Shown one piece after another: positions 14,901 through 17,649 of a DNA stretch of 17,649 bases. The translations under genes and the position numbers were made by a program. The number at the start of each line of letters is the position of its first letter. The stretch's first letter is position 1. The notes beneath the pieces were generated by a model that searched no databases, was not told the DNA's origin, and saw only the letters and a program-made list of their open reading frames with translations. Source of the stretch: Pseudomonadota bacterium (GTDB lineage Bacteria; Bdellovibrionota_B; Oligoflexia; Oligoflexales; CAIMVM01). Location: the NCBI GenBank assembly GCA_037142195.1, contig JBAXBA010000076.1, positions 1 to 17,649 on the forward strand, given 5' to 3'.

Positions 14901-17485
14901 GAGCTGCCAAAATTGTCAGCAGTATTGCTATTTGATGCTTTGAGATACGCCTCTTGAATCCAAGTAGAGCCAGTTCTCTTATAAATGTAGCTCGCTCCCG
15001 AGGCAGATGTAGAATTATCAGTACTTGAAGTGGTTCCATTCGTGATGGTGATCTGGTTGGAACTTTCCTGGTAAGCTCCAATAACTGCGGTATTTCCTGA
15101 GATGGCGACAGAATAGCCAAAATTATCATAAGCATTTGCATTAGAGGCTTTCAGATACGCTTCCTGGGCCCAGGTGGGACCCGCTCTTACGTAGATGTAG
15201 CAAGCTCCAGCGGAAAATGCCGAATTATCAGTACTCGAGGTCGTTCCATTGGTTATGGCGGTTTGGCTGGAGCCTTCCTGGAAAGCTCCAATAGCTGCGG
15301 TATTTCCTGAGATGGCGACAGAATAGCCAAAATTATCACTAGCATTTGCATTGGAGGCTTTCAGATAAGCTTCCTGGGCCCAGATGGAGCCCGTTCTTTT
15401 ATAGATGTAGCTGGCTCCGGCATTAATTGCCGAATTATCTGTGCTTGAGCCGGACCCATTGGTGATCGTGGTCTGATTGGAGCCTTCCCCCCTAACGCCT
15501 ATAACTGCGGTATCTCCTGAGAGGGATGCGGCACCTCCAAAATAGTCAGAAGCGTTGCTATTCGATGCTTTAAGATAGGCTTCCTGGATCCATGTGGATC
15601 CTGTTCTTTTGTAGATATAACTAGCTCCTGCGTTAAGTGCGGAATTATCTACGCTTGAGGTCGTTCCATTCGTGATCGTAGTTTGGCTTGAACTTTCCCC
15701 GTTTGCTCCTATAAGAACCGTGTCTCCTGAGACGGCGACAGAACGGCCGTAACTGTCCGACGTCTCAGCGTTGGAAGCTTTCAGGTACGCTTCCTGGTTC
15801 CAACCGGCTTTCGTGACTGTGAATAGAAAGGTATCACTAGCCGTCAAGGCGCCATCGCTTACGGTGAGCGTAATCGAGGAGGTGCCGATTTGTCCCGCAG
15901 CTGGTGACAAGCTCACAAGGCAGTTGGGTGCGGTTCCGGAGATGGTGATGCTAGCGGATAAGATCACTGTCGTATTGGAAGATAACGCTGTGATATTTGA
16001 GCAGGTAAGGGCGGAATCTATATCTGTAATGGTCACCGGCACGCCATTTAGAACCGTGTCTTGAGTCGTGCTTTGATTTAAGACGTCTGAAATGCTCGGG
16101 CCATTGTTCACCGGATTCACTGTCAGCACAAAAGTGTCTTGAGAGGAAAGCTGTCCGTCAGTGACCGTCAAAGTAACTGTCGAAGTTCCATTTTGAAAAG
16201 AAGCTAGATTTAAGCTCACAGTGCAGTTGGGGGCTGTGCCAGCAATGGTGATGTTCGCACTTGGAAGAAGAGTCGTGTTGCTGGAAGTTGCAGAAATTGC
16301 TGTGGCGCAGACAAGCGAATTATCTACATCAGAAATCGTCACGGCTAGACCATTTAAAGCCAAATCTTCATTGGTGATTTGATCCGCTACATTGGAAATA
16401 GTCGGAGCATCGTTAACTGCATTTACAGTTAAGACAAAAGTATCTTGAGAGGAAAGTAATCCGTCAGTGACCGTTAAGTTCACGGTAGTGGTGCCATTTT
16501 GATTGAAAACTGGATTTAAGCTCACGGTGCAGTTAGGTGCTGTACCTCCGATGATGATGTATGCGCTTGGAAGTAGAGCTGTGTTGCTTGAAACAGCAGA
16601 AAGAACTGTGGCACAAGCAAGCGAGTTGTCGACATCAGAAATGCTCACTGCTAGATTATTTAAAGTGTTATCTTCATTCATAGATTGATTGGCCACATCA
16701 GAAATCAAAGGGGCGTCGTTTACGGCTGTTGCCACAAATGTAAAAGACCGTGATGTCGCTAAAGCACCGTCACTGATCGTAAAGATGATATTTGCAGATC
16801 CGCTCGCATTAGCGACAGGATTTATAGTACCCGTGCAGTTAGGCCAAGTCCCGCCCCAAGAGACCGCTCCTGACTCGGCCACGACGGAGGGGGCGTCGGA
16901 GAAATAAAGAAGATGAGCCGATGTACAAGTCAGATCCCCATCCACATCGTCTGCAGTGAAGGCTACAGCTAGTGCTTTGTCTTCGTTTGTGATTTGTGGA
17001 GAACTTATGTATGTGATAATCGGGGCGTCGTTAACGGGTTCGCTGATGAATTTAATAGATTTGACAATAATGGAAATGCCCTCATCATGGGCCGTGATTT
17101 CAATATTGGTGGTGCCATTGGAATTCGGTTCTGGCGAGATTTCGGCAGAGCAGTTAGGCCAAATACCAGCCCAAGTCACAGCATCTTTTGTAGCAACTAT
17201 TAAAGCATTGGAAGAACTATAAGATAAATAAGCAGAGTTACAAGAACCTGAAGGAACGGACAGAGCTGAAATCGAAAACGGAATTTTTGAGGACGTGTCT
17301 TCCGGGGTTGCCACCGCAGCGGATTGTTTGTTGCTGGGATCTGTTGAAGGATCCGTTTTATTTCCTAAAGTTCCCAACACAGTCTTACTTTTAATGGTTT
17401 TTTTAAGTGTTCCTTTTTGCTCACACCCCATCATGACGCTGACAACTGACCAAAGGAGCAAGAAGTTTCTTAATTTAGAATTCAA
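11960..17485 (-). CDS. Giant surface lipoprotein/adhesin: 5 cadherin/Ig-like domains - FG-GAP propeller - FN3 - Ig-like - FG-GAP propeller - FN3
   Basis: TTG start with AGGAG 5 nt upstream. Lipoprotein-type signal ending MMGC (Cys21). VNDAP..ED...D.D repeats, 14 WxQEAYLKASN..D.FG.SVA.SGDT...GA..E repeats, and FN3 motifs (TVSW...GLTPGQSYIVRIC; TLSW...GLTTATTYSFRVC). Confidence 0.93.
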   Translation of the reverse strand: MNSKLRNFLLLWSVVSVMMGCEQKGTLKKTIKSKTVLGTLGNKTDPSTDPSNKQSAAVATPEDTSSKIPFSISALSVPSGSCNSAYLSYSSSNALIVATKDAVTWAGIWPNCSAEISPEPNSNGTTNIEITAHDEGISIIVKSIKFISEPVNDAPIITYISSPQITNEDKALAVAFTADDVDGDLTCTSAHLLYFSDAPSVVAESGAVSWGGTWPNCTGTINPVANASGSANIIFTISDGALATSRSFTFVATAVNDAPLISDVANQSMNEDNTLNNLAVSISDVDNSLACATVLSAVSSNTALLPSAYIIIGGTAPNCTVSLNPVFNQNGTTTVNLTVTDGLLSSQDTFVLTVNAVNDAPTISNVADQITNEDLALNGLAVTISDVDNSLVCATAISATSSNTTLLPSANITIAGTAPNCTVSLNLASFQNGTSTVTLTVTDGQLSSQDTFVLTVNPVNNGPSISDVLNQSTTQDTVLNGVPVTITDIDSALTCSNITALSSNTTVILSASITISGTAPNCLVSLSPAAGQIGTSSITLTVSDGALTASDTFLFTVTKAGWNQEAYLKASNAETSDSYGRSVAVSGDTVLIGANGESSSQTTITNGTTSSVDNSALNAGASYIYKRTGSTWIQEAYLKASNSNASDYFGGAASLSGDTAVIGVRGEGSNQTTITNGSGSSTDNSAINAGASYIYKRTGSIWAQEAYLKASNANASDNFGYSVAISGNTAAIGAFQEGSSQTAITNGTTSSTDNSAFSAGACYIYVRAGPTWAQEAYLKASNANAYDNFGYSVAISGNTAVIGAYQESSNQITITNGTTSSTDNSTSASGASYIYKRTGSTWIQEAYLKASNSNTADNFGSSVALSGDTVVVGAFWESSNEITITNGTTSSSDNSASGAGASYIYKRTGSTWAQEAYLKASNSNAFDRLFSVAVSGDTAVVGAYREGSNQTTITNGTTSSTDNSANSSGASYIYRRAGSTWAQEAYLKASNSNASDEFGYSVALSGDTAVIEAIGEDSNQTTITNGTTSSTDNSASNAGAVYVYRNLSRMFEAHEIQSSVTSSSFTVSWNGSNLGSGNGTFKVVYSTSTPGANCSSGTVAYNGTSTSVSVSSGLTPGQSYIVRICTFNGVNYSEGTTTQVTVKGDDVGPNVLSINRGSTSNPVSGTSLVDYIVTFNEPVMGVSPDNFSFTEVTSTTGATGKVSNISCSGSVCTVWVLPGNAGQLRLDLTNVTGIVDVWGNPLTAGKTGDETYTLKGWAQEAYLKASNAEANDWFGYAVALSGDKAVSGAYQESSNQTTITNGTTSSVDNSSGASGATFIYKRTGSTWVQEAYLKASNSNASGYFGYFVAISEDTVIVGALGEGSNQNTITNGTTSSTNNSVFSAGAAYVYKRTGSTWVQEAYLKPPYPEGSDYYTYSIAISGNTAVIGSLTEDSNQTTITNGTTASSNNSSMNAGASYIYKRTGSTWAQEAYLKASNNNASAPSYFGASVALSGDTVVVGAYIESSNQTTITNGTTSSSDISTSQSGASFIYKKTGSTWAQEAYLKASNTNAFDDFGYSVAISGDTIIVGAIGEGSNQSTITNGTTSSSDNSVGIAGAGYIYKRTGIIWAQEAYLKASNPTANDNLGSSVDISGDTAVMGAFREDANQTMINNGTTSNADNSAMDAGASYIFKRTGSTWSQEAYLKASNIEANDKFGYSVALSADTVLVGAYQESSNQSTITNGPTSSTNNSVNRAGAAYVYRNLSRLFDPDVRVSAKSTTSVTLSWGSNLGTTTQVKISPAVLGSANPLPCTDGGAITLGAGVTSYTYSGLTTATTYSFRVCGFDGTNVSDGAIIRDNTN
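12236..13717 (-). repeat. Second FG-GAP propeller: 7 tandem ~210-bp (70-aa) repeats
   Basis: Trp codons start at 13717, 13507, 13297, 13087, 12871 (the preceding unit is 216 bp), 12661 and 12451. The array ends in YRNLSRLFD. Confidence 0.95.
14330..15802 (-). repeat. First FG-GAP propeller: 7 tandem ~210-bp (70-aa) repeats
   Basis: Trp codons start at 15802, 15592, 15382, 15172, 14962, 14752 and 14545 (the preceding unit is 207 bp). The array ends in YRNLSRMFE. Confidence 0.95.
15803..17320 (-). repeat. Five tandem cadherin-like/Ig-like domains (~306-312 bp each)
   Basis: VN(D/N)(A/G)P units start at 17035, 16723, 16417 and 16111, plus a more divergent first unit (approximate start 17320). 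Each has a C...PNC cysteine pair. Confidence 0.88.
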
Positions 17486-17649
17486 AAAGACTCCTTTCCT
17501 GCCTCTGATGTGAGGTTCGCCGACATGCCTTTAGGCATTGGTATTATTGAGGGGATCGTCTCATGGTGAAAAATTCTTAAACGAAAAATAAATTTTTATT
17601 AGGGCGTGTACTCACAAATTGCTCCAGATATAAGCACAACCAAGGTATA

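Noticed and set aside
12236..15802. Diversity-generating retroelement or CRISPR-like explanation for the 210-bp repeats
   Set aside because: The repeats are in-frame coding units with abundant synonymous changes at all bases, not adenine-specific ones. No reverse transcriptase, template repeat, spacers or cas genes are in the window.
13417..17513. Short ORFs overlapping the giant gene (e.g. 13758-13976, 15771-16064, 16503-16688, 16689-16907, 16956-17222, 17295-17513 on +; 13417-13686, 14044-14277, 14875-15141 on -)
   Set aside because: These are antisense or alternate-frame shadows of a Thr/Ser/Val-rich repetitive CDS, with no recognisable motifs.
17486..17649. c-di-GMP (GEMM) riboswitch upstream of the adhesin, suggested by the nearby PDE
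   Set aside because: No GEMM-I or c-di-GMP-II consensus elements were recognisable on the coding strand.

Overview
This is a bacterial chromosomal window. The Cys-paired Ig/FN3 surface lipoproteins and the Flp-type pilin suggest a Bdellovibrionota/Oligoflexia-like or other delta-type organism, but that is inference only. Left to right: (1) a pseudo-receiver / degenerate-GGDEF / EAL c-di-GMP phosphodiesterase with a candidate sigma-28 promoter inside an RBS-occluding hairpin; (2) an intergenic region of about 360-400 bp containing a ~190-nt set of nested helices (candidate structured RNA); (3) a lipoprotein with PrcB-C-like domain(s); (4) a minus-strand, tightly packed three-gene unit: a 52-aa Flp-like pilin missed by the ORF track, a 101-aa membrane-anchored protein and a divergent DUF503 protein; (5) a divergently transcribed MoxR AAA+ / DUF58 / BatA-VWA-DUF4159 / VWA-GATase-like operon, followed by a TIP30/YraR-like NAD(P)-binding protein; (6) a convergent 1841-aa surface lipoprotein made of five Cys-paired cadherin/Ig-like domains and two 7-bladed FG-GAP (integrin-alpha-like) propellers, each followed by an FN3 domain. 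Its 14 blades have a near-invariant scaffold with variation concentrated at a few positions. No rRNA, tRNA, CRISPR array, transposase, integrase or reverse transcriptase was seen.
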